From a virus: a stretch of 64,000 nucleotides of DNA. Under the pieces are notes generated by a model that ran no database searches, had not been told where the DNA came from, and worked only from the letters and a program-made list of their open reading frames with translations. The translations under genes and the position numbers were made by a program. Shown piece by piece: positions 1 to 8,577 of the stretch. The DNA lies in IMG/VR virus record IMGVR_UViG_3300009285_005630. One strand, given 5' to 3'. The stretch's first letter is position 1, and each line of letters opens with the position of its first letter.

Positions 1-38
1 GCGGAAACTGGGAATTAACCAATCTGACGGCGGGCGAT

Positions 39-974
39 ATGTCTTGGAACAGCATCGGGTATTTGTATATTATCCGAGACTTCGCGCCGTATGACCACGA
101 GATTATGTTTTACGACAGCTATACCGGTTCGGGCACAACCGCGAAATTCCATGTGACGCGCAGAGGGTTGGGAAATTCTACGGCTACCTTAACGGGCGGA
201 ACCGCCGTGCGCTGGATGTTCATACCTACAGGTAGCTTTCGGTTCCTTCTGCGTTCCTATTCCGCACAATATCCCGCCTGGATTGCCGCCGTGTCCTTCC
301 CGAAACTCGTGCATGATAAGCTAGGGCTGACCACCCATGATATCAATTATCTCGGGCTGTCAGGTGGAAACCCTATTTATCAAATGCTCCCGGCAACCTC
401 GCTTGACGGTTCTTATGGTGGGACCTGGGGAACAGGAACAGGGAAATACTCCAATAAATACCCTGCTGATCCTGGGGTAACCGCTACGGTTGGAGTCGCG
501 TACAACGATATCGTCGCCAACCCCTTGATGGGCAACGATAACTATATTCCTCTGCACACGTACGACGCAGACAACTCCACGTATCGGACTGCTGGGTCGG
601 TCGTCAACAAGCCTTCGGCAGGGACTAAAATCCTGTTCTGGACACAGGGAGGCTCCCCGACATTTGGATCCCTTGCCTTTATGGGGACGGATGAGGTTGT
701 GCTCGGCAACTCTCACCCAAACCAAGGCGACCTCGTGGAGATTGTAGTGGGGTGTAAAAATCGGGAAGCCTTGCTTAATAGCATCTTACGATTTGAGGTT
801 ATGTCCCGTGACTTGGATGAGGTCTCTCTGTCCTACACGGTCCAATCCGTTCCGACGACGTTCTTCTACGGCCCATATCCCTTTAAGGGGTTTCTGCACA
901 CGGGAGACGTTATTGAGGCGGCTATAGGGTCCTGGTCGAATGGCCCGCTGGGCTTCAACGGTCTGTACCGATAG
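39..974 (+). CDS. Hypothetical protein, possibly virion structural
   Basis: 311-aa G/T/S-rich ORF upstream of the lysis genes; no motif recognised. Confidence 0.4.
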   Translation: MSWNSIGYLYIIRDFAPYDHEIMFYDSYTGSGTTAKFHVTRRGLGNSTATLTGGTAVRWMFIPTGSFRFLLRSYSAQYPAWIAAVSFPKLVHDKLGLTTHDINYLGLSGGNPIYQMLPATSLDGSYGGTWGTGTGKYSNKYPADPGVTATVGVAYNDIVANPLMGNDNYIPLHTYDADNSTYRTAGSVVNKPSAGTKILFWTQGGSPTFGSLAFMGTDEVVLGNSHPNQGDLVEIVVGCKNREALLNSILRFEVMSRDLDEVSLSYTVQSVPTTFFYGPYPFKGFLHTGDVIEAAIGSWSNGPLGFNGLYR

Positions 975-1018
975 GAGGTTCCTGATAGCGGTGGGGGGTT
1001 GGAAGCCCGGCTAAATCC

Positions 1019-1033
1019 TGTCAGAAAAGGATG
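1019..1033 (+). promoter_or_regulatory. Candidate phage late-promoter motif TGTCAGA-RNAG-N-A
   Basis: Same motif at 56570, 59385 and 62371, all ahead of late/virion genes; ATG 12 nt after the motif start here. Confidence 0.35.
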
Positions 1034-1288
1034 AAATTCAGACTGGATGAACCGCTGGGACTCCCGCGTGGCTCCGTTCGCGCCCTTTTATCCCTCCTGT
1101 TAGTTTCGGGGTGGCTGTTTTTTGTTGGGTGGGCGATTATGGTACAAGGGGCGACGGTCAAGGACGCATTTTCCGATACCCCGGAAGTCATTGGCATGGT
1201 GATGGTCTTCTACTTCGTCCAGCGTATGACTGCCACTCAAGGAATCCCCCCGGCACCACCGGAGGTCCAACCTGGAGGAATCCAATGA
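1031..1288 (+). CDS. Small two-TM membrane protein, putative holin
   Basis: PLGLPRGSVRALL followed by two hydrophobic segments; two genes upstream of the endolysin. Confidence 0.45.
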   Translation: MKFRLDEPLGLPRGSVRALLSLLLVSGWLFFVGWAIMVQGATVKDAFSDTPEVIGMVMVFYFVQRMTATQGIPPAPPEVQPGGIQ

Positions 1289-1671
1289 AGCCTATTGACC
1301 GTCTTGTCCTGGCATTGCAAAAAGCGATTACAGAACTGGAATATTGCCAGGAGAAAATGGGCAACGATAGAAAATCCACGCGCGCGGCCATTATCGCTGA
1401 GGCGGTATCGGCGGTGCGCGAGTGGCAGCGCAACCCTAAGCAGGAGGCTCTCATGAGCAAGTTTGACGAGGCCCTAAAACGTCTCAACGCCTTGACCGAA
1501 GCCACGGACCCCAACGATCAGAAATGCGCCACGTGCCGGTACTACCAACCGGGCACCAAGTCGTGCGGTGAAGAGTACCGTGTGGTCAAGCTCCACACGT
1601 ATTTCAACCTCGTGGACTGGACGCAGAAGCCTGGCGAACCCAACATCTGTCTCGTTTGGCAGGGCAAGTGA
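1285..1671 (+). CDS. Hypothetical protein with Cys-rich C-terminus
   Basis: ATG at 1285 overlaps the previous stop; helical N-terminus, CATC...C...C at the end. Confidence 0.5.
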   Translation: MKPIDRLVLALQKAITELEYCQEKMGNDRKSTRAAIIAEAVSAVREWQRNPKQEALMSKFDEALKRLNALTEATDPNDQKCATCRYYQPGTKSCGEEYRVVKLHTYFNLVDWTQKPGEPNICLVWQGK

Positions 1672-1672
1672 C

Positions 1673-2161
1673 ATGGAGGACCCGCGTCGGCCGGATGTTC
1701 CGGTCGGCTACGAGGGGTTGACCCGCGTGTGCAGTCAGCCCCCGGAGGACATGGAGCACAGGCGCAATTGGGAGGCGCATAACCTCGTTCGCGTCCCGTT
1801 CTTAGCTCCTATTCCCCTAGCGTGGGATCCCAAGACCAAGGCTACACAGGTGTGGGTGCATAAGTACATTCAAGACGTGGTAACGGATACCTTTATGGTT
1901 CTGTACACGAACGGACTGTGGAGTCTGTTGGAGGACTTCGGTGGAGCGTATATGTACCGCACCAAGCGGGGATACGCCAGTAAACTGTCGGTTCACAGTT
2001 TTGGGATGGCACTGGACTTCTGCTGCGTCTCAAACCCCCTGGGAAAGAAGCCCGAGATGCCGGATGCCTTGGTAACAGCGTTTACTGATCTGGGATGGGT
2101 GTGGGGGGGCGCATGGCGTCGCCCCGACGGGCAACATTTTCAATACGCGCGGCAAGTGTAG
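1673..2161 (+). CDS. Endolysin, M15-family (L-Ala-D-Glu/D,D-peptidase-like) zinc peptidase
   Basis: SVHSFGMALD and WGGAW..DGQHFQ motifs carry the His/Asp/His zinc ligands of M15 peptidases. Confidence 0.85.
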   Translation: MEDPRRPDVPVGYEGLTRVCSQPPEDMEHRRNWEAHNLVRVPFLAPIPLAWDPKTKATQVWVHKYIQDVVTDTFMVLYTNGLWSLLEDFGGAYMYRTKRGYASKLSVHSFGMALDFCCVSNPLGKKPEMPDALVTAFTDLGWVWGGAWRRPDGQHFQYARQV

Positions 2162-2173
2162 GAGGAGTTTGAG

Positions 2174-2632
2174 ATGAACGTCGCTCAGGTCGTTGATCGG
2201 TTGCTTACGGAGGAATCCGCCGCTGCGCGGTTGCCGGATGATCTTCGGACGAAGGCCCTGGCCATGGCGCGGGACGGGTGGAAGACGCTCAAGCAGATGT
2301 ACGCCTTGAAGCCAAAGGGCCAGGAAGTAACTCCTGAGATCGAGGCCCAAGCCAAGGAACTCGGCATGGGATTCATTGGTCGTCACGCGGCCACGATTCA
2401 CGCCTTGGTCAAGGCTCTTCCCAAGCCAGTGTCCTCCATCAAGTCCACCACCATTACCGTTGACGAGTTTGTCAGTTGGTACTTGCGGATGCTGGATCGC
2501 CCGGAGAAGATCACCAGTTGGGCATGGGATTTTGTCCCCAAGTATCAGCGGAGTGACCCTGGTGCGCCTATGTCCAGGCTATTCAATGACAACTATAGCC
2601 CCGTCCAATGGGACGCTTTCCTAGACCTGTAA
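2174..2632 (+). CDS. Tagged hypothetical protein (N-terminal VVDRLLTEE), putative internal head protein
   Basis: SD GGAGGAG; N-terminal tag shared with neighbouring genes. Confidence 0.6.
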   Translation: MNVAQVVDRLLTEESAAARLPDDLRTKALAMARDGWKTLKQMYALKPKGQEVTPEIEAQAKELGMGFIGRHAATIHALVKALPKPVSSIKSTTITVDEFVSWYLRMLDRPEKITSWAWDFVPKYQRSDPGAPMSRLFNDNYSPVQWDAFLDL

Positions 2633-2686
2633 GATGAAGACCATGGCCTTGAACCTGTTGGCCGAGAACTAACGACGAGGGACGGC

Positions 2687-3331
2687 ATGGCCTATCGCAA
2701 GTATGTCTTAGATACGAATGGTGGAAGTCTTCTTGGAAGTCCCGAGTGGAAGGAATTCCTGCGAGCACTCAATACGTTCGCGTGGGATGGATACATCAGC
2801 AGCCGCGAGGGTACGCTGGTTGTGTCCGATGAATCCGCCCCGAAGGTATTTGCAGCAGCAAAAAAACATAATCTTGCCCTCTCCAATAAGGGAGTATTTA
2901 AGCCGTTGGAGTCTGCCCGGAAACCGGCCTCGCTCGTTGACCAGCTTCTGAAAGAAGATAGCTCCTTCGGCGATGTCATTTCCAGCTACTCCCGCGCGCA
3001 GGCATTAGAAGATGGGGAACTGGTGGACGTGAGTAAGATCGCCAAGGAAGCCGGAATCAAGTTCCCAACGGCAGTCACGCGGAATCTATTCACCAAATGG
3101 ATTGAACCCAGCGCTGAGGATAAGAAGTACGGCCAAGACCTCCAAGGAAGACTGTGGGACGTGGTGTATATGTTTACCGTCTACGCCAAGCGCACCAGCG
3201 GGTCGCGCATGACCTATCCCGTGATCTTCGCCAAGGGGAAAAAGCACGTCACTGTCAAACTCTTGGCCATCATCGGTCCTGGGGACACTGACGCTCCAAC
3301 CGCGACGATTATGCTGCCGGAGGACGAGTGA
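2687..3331 (+). CDS. Two-module tagged protein, C-terminal module DUF6573-like
   Basis: Internal LES...LVDQLLKE linker, then YSRAQALEDGELVDVS...GRLWDV; true start may be 2634 across a 1-nt frameshift. Confidence 0.55.
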   Translation: MAYRKYVLDTNGGSLLGSPEWKEFLRALNTFAWDGYISSREGTLVVSDESAPKVFAAAKKHNLALSNKGVFKPLESARKPASLVDQLLKEDSSFGDVISSYSRAQALEDGELVDVSKIAKEAGIKFPTAVTRNLFTKWIEPSAEDKKYGQDLQGRLWDVVYMFTVYAKRTSGSRMTYPVIFAKGKKHVTVKLLAIIGPGDTDAPTATIMLPEDE

Positions 3332-3609
3332 CACATACTTTCCGTGCCCGCCTCGACGCACTTCTGGAGCAGGACAACGACCTCCAGAAGAAGCACGACC
3401 GCGCCGTTGACGACGCCAATAGGGTAGCTGGCGACGTGGCTAAAACCCTGTCTATGAACCTGTCGTCAGACCGCGCCGCGCTGGTGGGTCCTGTGGCCGA
3501 TATCATCTACAGGCTCATCGTCGGCGCGGGCACAGGCGGTTTGCGCACGGACGTGGTCACACAGATTGTAACGATGCTGGACGACGCGCATATTAGCGCC
3601 GCAAAGTAG
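3328..3609 (+). CDS. Tagged hypothetical protein (RLDALLEQ)
   Basis: GTG start overlapping the previous stop; tag variant at the N-terminus. Confidence 0.55.
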   Translation: MTHTFRARLDALLEQDNDLQKKHDRAVDDANRVAGDVAKTLSMNLSSDRAALVGPVADIIYRLIVGAGTGGLRTDVVTQIVTMLDDAHISAAK

Positions 3610-3618
3610 GAGGACATA

Positions 3619-3864
3619 ATGGTCAATATCGCCGAAGCCGTTGATAAGTTGCTTTCCGAAGAATCTGGACAAGAGTATAAGATTGCCGACGCAGCCGTCT
3701 CCGCGCTTTCTTCCAAGTTTTCCTCCTTCAAGGAAACGCCTCCAGTGGTTAAAGAGCGTGTTCTTAACATTGTCAAAGCCTTGATCATCATGACGGGAAG
3801 AAACACGTTGACCCCGGCTGGAACGGCAAAGATTCAAGCTCTAGTCAATTCGTTGGCTCAGTAG
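3619..3864 (+). CDS. Tagged hypothetical protein (AVDKLLSEE)
   Basis: SD AGGAGG; N-terminal tag. Confidence 0.6.
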   Translation: MVNIAEAVDKLLSEESGQEYKIADAAVSALSSKFSSFKETPPVVKERVLNIVKALIIMTGRNTLTPAGTAKIQALVNSLAQ

Positions 3865-3871
3865 GTTCTCA

Positions 3872-5245
3872 ATGGCCTCCAGTACGCCGAACCCGACCTC
3901 CAATAAGACCAGCCGAGCAGTGGTGTTTCCGGCCCTCCAACCTGGATCGGATCAACTTCGGACGTTCTCGGAGGCCATCCTTCTCCAGCAAATGCCCGTG
4001 CGCTGGTTCACCGTCGGCGGAAAAATGGCCGTCCTGGCGTTGGAACCGGAGCGCGTAACCGCCCTTGCGAACCAGCAGGGTGTAAAATTCAGCTTCTTAG
4101 ACCCTAACGAGCCCATTCCGCTTGATGTTTTAGGGATTGTCAAGGTGGAAAGTGTGAAAACGCCCTCAGAAATGCCCCAGGATCGTTCGGCGGGGCTTGT
4201 CGGGGGGATGACACTTAAGGACTGCCTTGATGAGCGCCTGACCGGCCTGGACGGAACGACAGCATATCTTTTGGAGGGTATAAAGAATGAAGTCTCCTAT
4301 CCTGCGGGCGATCTCCCAGATTGGGTGTTCCGAAAGCTCTATATCTCGGCACATTCGCATGGTCAAATGGGTCTTCCGATTGTACGCCTGACCCCGGAGA
4401 TTCGCGGGTACATGGAACTGAATTCGGAAGCAACGCTATTCGCTGACGACGGGCATAAAGTTCAAATATCTGAATTGCCTACTAAGAACCCCTTGGAATC
4501 TCATACAAAGGTTCGCGTGTTTAGCCTATCTGCCCTTGTGGACCGGTTACTCCCAGAAATGGCATCCATCGGCGTGCAGGCTGACCATAACAAGCGCATG
4601 CAGGCTTTTCTACGGTCCCATGGCTTCCCCAATGCGGTGCCGATGTACATTGACAAGGGAAGCATGCGGGGCACCTGGCGGATTTACAACAAGGTCCGTG
4701 GAAAGGGGTTGGAGGGGTACGAGAACTGGACGCTTGACGCCGCTGAAAAGCTCAACGCCCTTGGATTCTCCAGCTATGATGGAAAACCCCTTGGGCAACA
4801 CTCTGGGAACGGAGGGTACTTCCAGATATTTGCCCGCTATCGGCCCACGGCGGTTTCTCCCATGGAATCCCAGAAGGTGTCTTTGCCTCGTTTGGTAGAT
4901 CACCTTCTACTGGAAGGATTTTCTCGCTATTGGGAGAACCCTGACGGCTTCACAGATGAGCAGTGGACGGCATTCACGGCCAAGGCCAAGCAGATTATCC
5001 AAGCCGCCGCGCGGAAGAAGATTGTCCTTGCCGGTGGAAACGGAACTGGGAAACCTGTCGTAGACGACAAGGTTGTGATGTTCAATGGAGCCAACCCCGA
5101 TGGGTACGAGACGTGTACAATCCAGCGTGAAGGGGACAAGTTTGGGTTCTGCAAGACGGCGCAGAAACCCTATGACGTGGTGGTCAAAGCAATCTTAGAC
5201 GCGGCGGCGCAAACCAACCCGGATTTCACGGTCACCTCGGGCTAA
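3872..5245 (+). CDS. Multi-module tagged protein (putative polyprotein)
   Basis: Internal LES...LVDRLLPE (4493-4558) and MES...LVDHLLLE (4862-4915) linkers; last module has FNG...FCKTAQKPYD. Confidence 0.6.
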   Translation: MASSTPNPTSNKTSRAVVFPALQPGSDQLRTFSEAILLQQMPVRWFTVGGKMAVLALEPERVTALANQQGVKFSFLDPNEPIPLDVLGIVKVESVKTPSEMPQDRSAGLVGGMTLKDCLDERLTGLDGTTAYLLEGIKNEVSYPAGDLPDWVFRKLYISAHSHGQMGLPIVRLTPEIRGYMELNSEATLFADDGHKVQISELPTKNPLESHTKVRVFSLSALVDRLLPEMASIGVQADHNKRMQAFLRSHGFPNAVPMYIDKGSMRGTWRIYNKVRGKGLEGYENWTLDAAEKLNALGFSSYDGKPLGQHSGNGGYFQIFARYRPTAVSPMESQKVSLPRLVDHLLLEGFSRYWENPDGFTDEQWTAFTAKAKQIIQAAARKKIVLAGGNGTGKPVVDDKVVMFNGANPDGYETCTIQREGDKFGFCKTAQKPYDVVVKAILDAAAQTNPDFTVTSG

Positions 5246-5255
5246 GGAGAATGTC

Positions 5256-5564
5256 ATGGACATTCAGCGACTCACGGACCGATTGTTGACCGAAGGTTTC
5301 ATGAGCGGCAGCTCAGCGTCATTTGCCCAGAAGGCCAACAAGGATATCTCCGCCGTCCAAGACACTATCGAATACGCGCTCCAGAACTTATTGGATTTCC
5401 AGGCAAAGGCCAAAGCCGGGGATGTCAAGTTGAAGGACCCTGAAGCCGTTGCCAAGCTGGCGGTGGAGTTTCACACAATTAAGTCTGACCTGTTTAAGGT
5501 TCAAACAAAATTGAATGAACTGGAGAAAACCGCAATTGTTCGTTTCGTGAAGGGGACGGTGTGA
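5256..5564 (+). CDS. Tagged coiled-coil protein (LTDRLLTEG)
   Basis: SD AAGGAG; N-terminal tag; helical sequence. Confidence 0.6.
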   Translation: MDIQRLTDRLLTEGFMSGSSASFAQKANKDISAVQDTIEYALQNLLDFQAKAKAGDVKLKDPEAVAKLAVEFHTIKSDLFKVQTKLNELEKTAIVRFVKGTV

Positions 5565-6091
5565 CTCGCAGAAGTCTTGTTGACGCCATGCTTTTAGAAG
5601 CTGAGCCTGCCCAGCGTTTGGGCGGCGTGGATGTTTCATCTGTATGGGACTTTGGAGCCGTACGGCTAAAGAGACTTCACGGGAAACTCTATGGGAATAC
5701 CCTCGCGGACCAAGCCATCATGCGATCCCTTGGGTTTGGAGGTTCCATCACTGAGACTGAGTACGAGGCGATGTTGCGCAAGCTGGAAAGTCTTGGCCTT
5801 GGTATCGAAGTCCTGGGCCAAGAAGAATCCATTGCCCATGTTGTCAATACCCTTTTGTTGAAAGAGTACTTGGAGAAGGACTTGAAGTTCAAAGTCTTCA
5901 AGAACCCTGACGCTTTTGGTGCGCGAGAGTGGTCTTTTACGGTGTACTGGAAAGGCAAAGAGTTATTCACACGGGACGATTGCAGTTCCAAGGAGTCCGC
6001 TGAGAAAGAGGCGCACGAGGATATTCAACGCCTGGTCCGAGACACAAAATGGCTGGAAGATCTTGTGGCCGGGACGAAGGGCAAAGCGTGA
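5561..6091 (+). CDS. Two-module tagged protein (LVDAMLLE; VVNTLLLKE)
   Basis: N-terminal and internal tags. Confidence 0.55.
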   Translation: MTRRSLVDAMLLEAEPAQRLGGVDVSSVWDFGAVRLKRLHGKLYGNTLADQAIMRSLGFGGSITETEYEAMLRKLESLGLGIEVLGQEESIAHVVNTLLLKEYLEKDLKFKVFKNPDAFGAREWSFTVYWKGKELFTRDDCSSKESAEKEAHEDIQRLVRDTKWLEDLVAGTKGKA

Positions 6092-6870
6092 AGATACCTC
6101 CTGTTGGGACTAAGTACGTGCTGCACGCTCCAGGAGAACCCGTAGACGGTCAGATATTTATGGTAACCGAAGTTGAAACTCGACAGTATAATGCTGTGGC
6201 AATTCATTTGAAGCGCGCGCAGGATAACCGGATGTCTGAAATGACTCCGGCGGAACTGGAAAAGTCACTGCACGCTGGAAGATTACGCATTCAAGAAGGA
6301 GTTTCTATGCCTATTCGACCTCTGCTGGATAGACTGTTGAAGGAACTGGAGTATAAGGACGTGCGCTACGAGGCCATCCATCGCCTGGGTGAAGTGTCCC
6401 GACAAATCGAGAGGGCTTCCGACATCCTCACGCAGAAGATGCCGGAGATTGACGCCAGGACGTGGAAAATCGAGGCCTCTCTGGTCTCGGGATTCGCGGA
6501 TGAGTTGTCTGCTATCGTCAAACTCATGGGCGACGCGGCCGTGTTCACGGGCAAGCAGGGGGCAGTGGAATCAGTTTCTCCAAGCGCCGCAGTAGATGAT
6601 CTTCTGTCTGAGGACGCAATTACATCCGGCGTGCGCGTGAGCTACAACGCGGCGCTGGCCATCCAAGCCCGACAGATCCAAGCGGGGTACACCTACAAGG
6701 GCAAAGACATTTTCACGCCCGCCGTCGTCGCCAAGATCAAGGCCGCCACCAAGCCCTTGCCGAAGGGAATGGACCCGGATGAGCCGCTACCCGTGCGAGT
6801 CATCAATGAGCTGGTCCCGCGTGGTGGGGCGTTGGAAGACCTCGCGGGCGTGCCCCCGATGGGAAAGTAG
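6088..6870 (+). CDS. Three-module tagged protein (LLDRLLKE; AVDDLLSE)
   Basis: GTG at 6088 overlapping the previous stop; two internal tags. Confidence 0.55.
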   Translation: MKIPPVGTKYVLHAPGEPVDGQIFMVTEVETRQYNAVAIHLKRAQDNRMSEMTPAELEKSLHAGRLRIQEGVSMPIRPLLDRLLKELEYKDVRYEAIHRLGEVSRQIERASDILTQKMPEIDARTWKIEASLVSGFADELSAIVKLMGDAAVFTGKQGAVESVSPSAAVDDLLSEDAITSGVRVSYNAALAIQARQIQAGYTYKGKDIFTPAVVAKIKAATKPLPKGMDPDEPLPVRVINELVPRGGALEDLAGVPPMGK

Positions 6871-6879
6871 GAGCACAGC

Positions 6880-7419
6880 ATGGCAAATTACCTCATCATC
6901 GGTCATCACCCGGATGGTGGAGTCATTGGCGGGAAAATCTACGCGGCCGCCACCAGCCTTGCCGCCGTGGCTTTGGCGCAGGCTGACACAACGTTCTGGG
7001 CCAATTGGAGTGGCGTGGAACGGTTCTCCTTTGAGGAAATCCAGACGGCGGCGGTCCTGACGCCTGACCCCGTTGGCTTGAAGAATATCGCCGCTGCGGC
7101 GGTCAACCCAGCCACGGAAGACACGTTGGCGCTCCTCGCCACGGCTATGGCCCGGTCTTCCAATGCCTATTATGAGAACCAGGCGGGTACGGCGCTGACC
7201 AACGCCTTTGTCCAGCAGGCTTTCGGCTTCACAGCACGTAAGGTTGTGCTATACAACGACGACGGGGCCAACTGGATTGAATGGTCCTGGGATGGTCTGG
7301 CCGTCGCGGGTCGCCTGGAACTCGGGGATCCGCCGTTTGAGATGGACTGGATCAGCCGGACCAGCATCTACCTGCGTGGCCAAGCCGGTGGCGAAAGCTA
7401 CCGCGTGATCGTGCTGTAA
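6880..7419 (+). CDS. Putative virion structural/decoration protein, untagged
   Basis: Ala-rich N-terminal half, NPATEDTL, beta-rich C-terminal domain; SD AGGAG. Confidence 0.4.
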   Translation: MANYLIIGHHPDGGVIGGKIYAAATSLAAVALAQADTTFWANWSGVERFSFEEIQTAAVLTPDPVGLKNIAAAAVNPATEDTLALLATAMARSSNAYYENQAGTALTNAFVQQAFGFTARKVVLYNDDGANWIEWSWDGLAVAGRLELGDPPFEMDWISRTSIYLRGQAGGESYRVIVL

Positions 7420-7429
7420 GGAATCCACA

Positions 7430-7705
7430 ATGAAAAAGTTCCCTGTCCGTTCTCTCGTGGACGGCCTACTCAAAGAAAACCGCTTCCCCGGCAAAGGGCT
7501 GCCCACGGTAGAGTTCTATGTAGTTACCAAGACTCGTCCCGGTGCCTCGTTGAACGATATTTTGTTCAAGACGAACATCGAAGGCATCATTTATCAAATG
7601 GCAGGCGGACTGAAAATCGGAGAAATCGCCGGGCTGTACGGAGAGGCCAACGCCAAAGAGGCCAAGGCCCATGCCGAACGCATTCTGTCCGGTGAGGAAA
7701 AGTAG
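7430..7705 (+). CDS. Tagged hypothetical protein (LVDGLLKEN)
   Basis: SD AAGGA; N-terminal tag. Confidence 0.6.
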   Translation: MKKFPVRSLVDGLLKENRFPGKGLPTVEFYVVTKTRPGASLNDILFKTNIEGIIYQMAGGLKIGEIAGLYGEANAKEAKAHAERILSGEEK

Positions 7706-7712
7706 GCCCTAT

Positions 7713-8567
7713 ATGCCGTACGTTCCTGAGCAAGTAGATCAGTTCTTCTCCCTGTATGTTAAGAACTTGGAGAAGGCGATTCTCAAGTACCCCGCCGACT
7801 ATGGATTTGACCCTGAACAAGGTCCGGCCGGAGCACGAAAACAGGCAGAAGCCACTACCTCAAAAATTCGAGACGTGGTGGTAGTGAAAGGCTTAGGCCA
7901 TGTCAACATCAATAGCAAGGCCTTTGTGTGGACGACCAAGGAATTGAAAATCCCCAACACATATAAAGGCATTGAGGCGTTCTTGAACAAGGCCCCCGGT
8001 TCCAGCACGGAGTCAATTTTACGCATAGCCACTCTCACAGACGCTCTGCTGACCCGTGAGGGGCTATCCAAGGCCGGGATGATGCCGGATGCGCTCCAGA
8101 GCGCCTTGGCCGCTGTTCCGCCTACGGGAGGCACTATCCACGTTCGTGTCTCAACCGATCCCGTGTGGGAGTTCACGTACAAGGACCTGGCGCTGGCCAA
8201 AAAGGCGGCCGAGTCCATCTCCAAGGATCTTGGCGTCCACGTGGATGTTTCCGCACAGCGCAATACACCCCCAGATGCCGTGTACCCTGGCAAACGACAT
8301 TTGAAGCTGGAATCGGTCTCAGTCATCGTTGACGCCCTGCTGGAGAGTGAAGACGCTCCGGGCGCATGGGATAAGACGACGGCAGTAGCTAAGCTGCTGG
8401 CCCGCCGATTGGCCATGCGCGCGGATCGCATCGAGGGCTGGATGCGGCAGTACAACGTAGATCCAAGCAAGCTCTATAGCTTCCTAAAAGATGCTTCTCC
8501 AAGCAATGATGCAGCGTTGAATCAATTCACGGTGGCGGTTGTTAAGATGAAGCCGCTGACCTTCTAA
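7713..8567 (+). CDS. Three-module tagged protein (LTDALLTRE; IVDALLESE)
   Basis: ATG at 7713 after the previous stop; two internal ES...tag linkers. Confidence 0.55.
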   Translation: MPYVPEQVDQFFSLYVKNLEKAILKYPADYGFDPEQGPAGARKQAEATTSKIRDVVVVKGLGHVNINSKAFVWTTKELKIPNTYKGIEAFLNKAPGSSTESILRIATLTDALLTREGLSKAGMMPDALQSALAAVPPTGGTIHVRVSTDPVWEFTYKDLALAKKAAESISKDLGVHVDVSAQRNTPPDAVYPGKRHLKLESVSVIVDALLESEDAPGAWDKTTAVAKLLARRLAMRADRIEGWMRQYNVDPSKLYSFLKDASPSNDAALNQFTVAVVKMKPLTF

Positions 8568-8577
8568 GGAGAAACTC

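Noticed and set aside
1285-1320. MKPIDRLVL as another copy of the tag
   Set aside because: Lacks the L-L-x-E ending; too weak to count.
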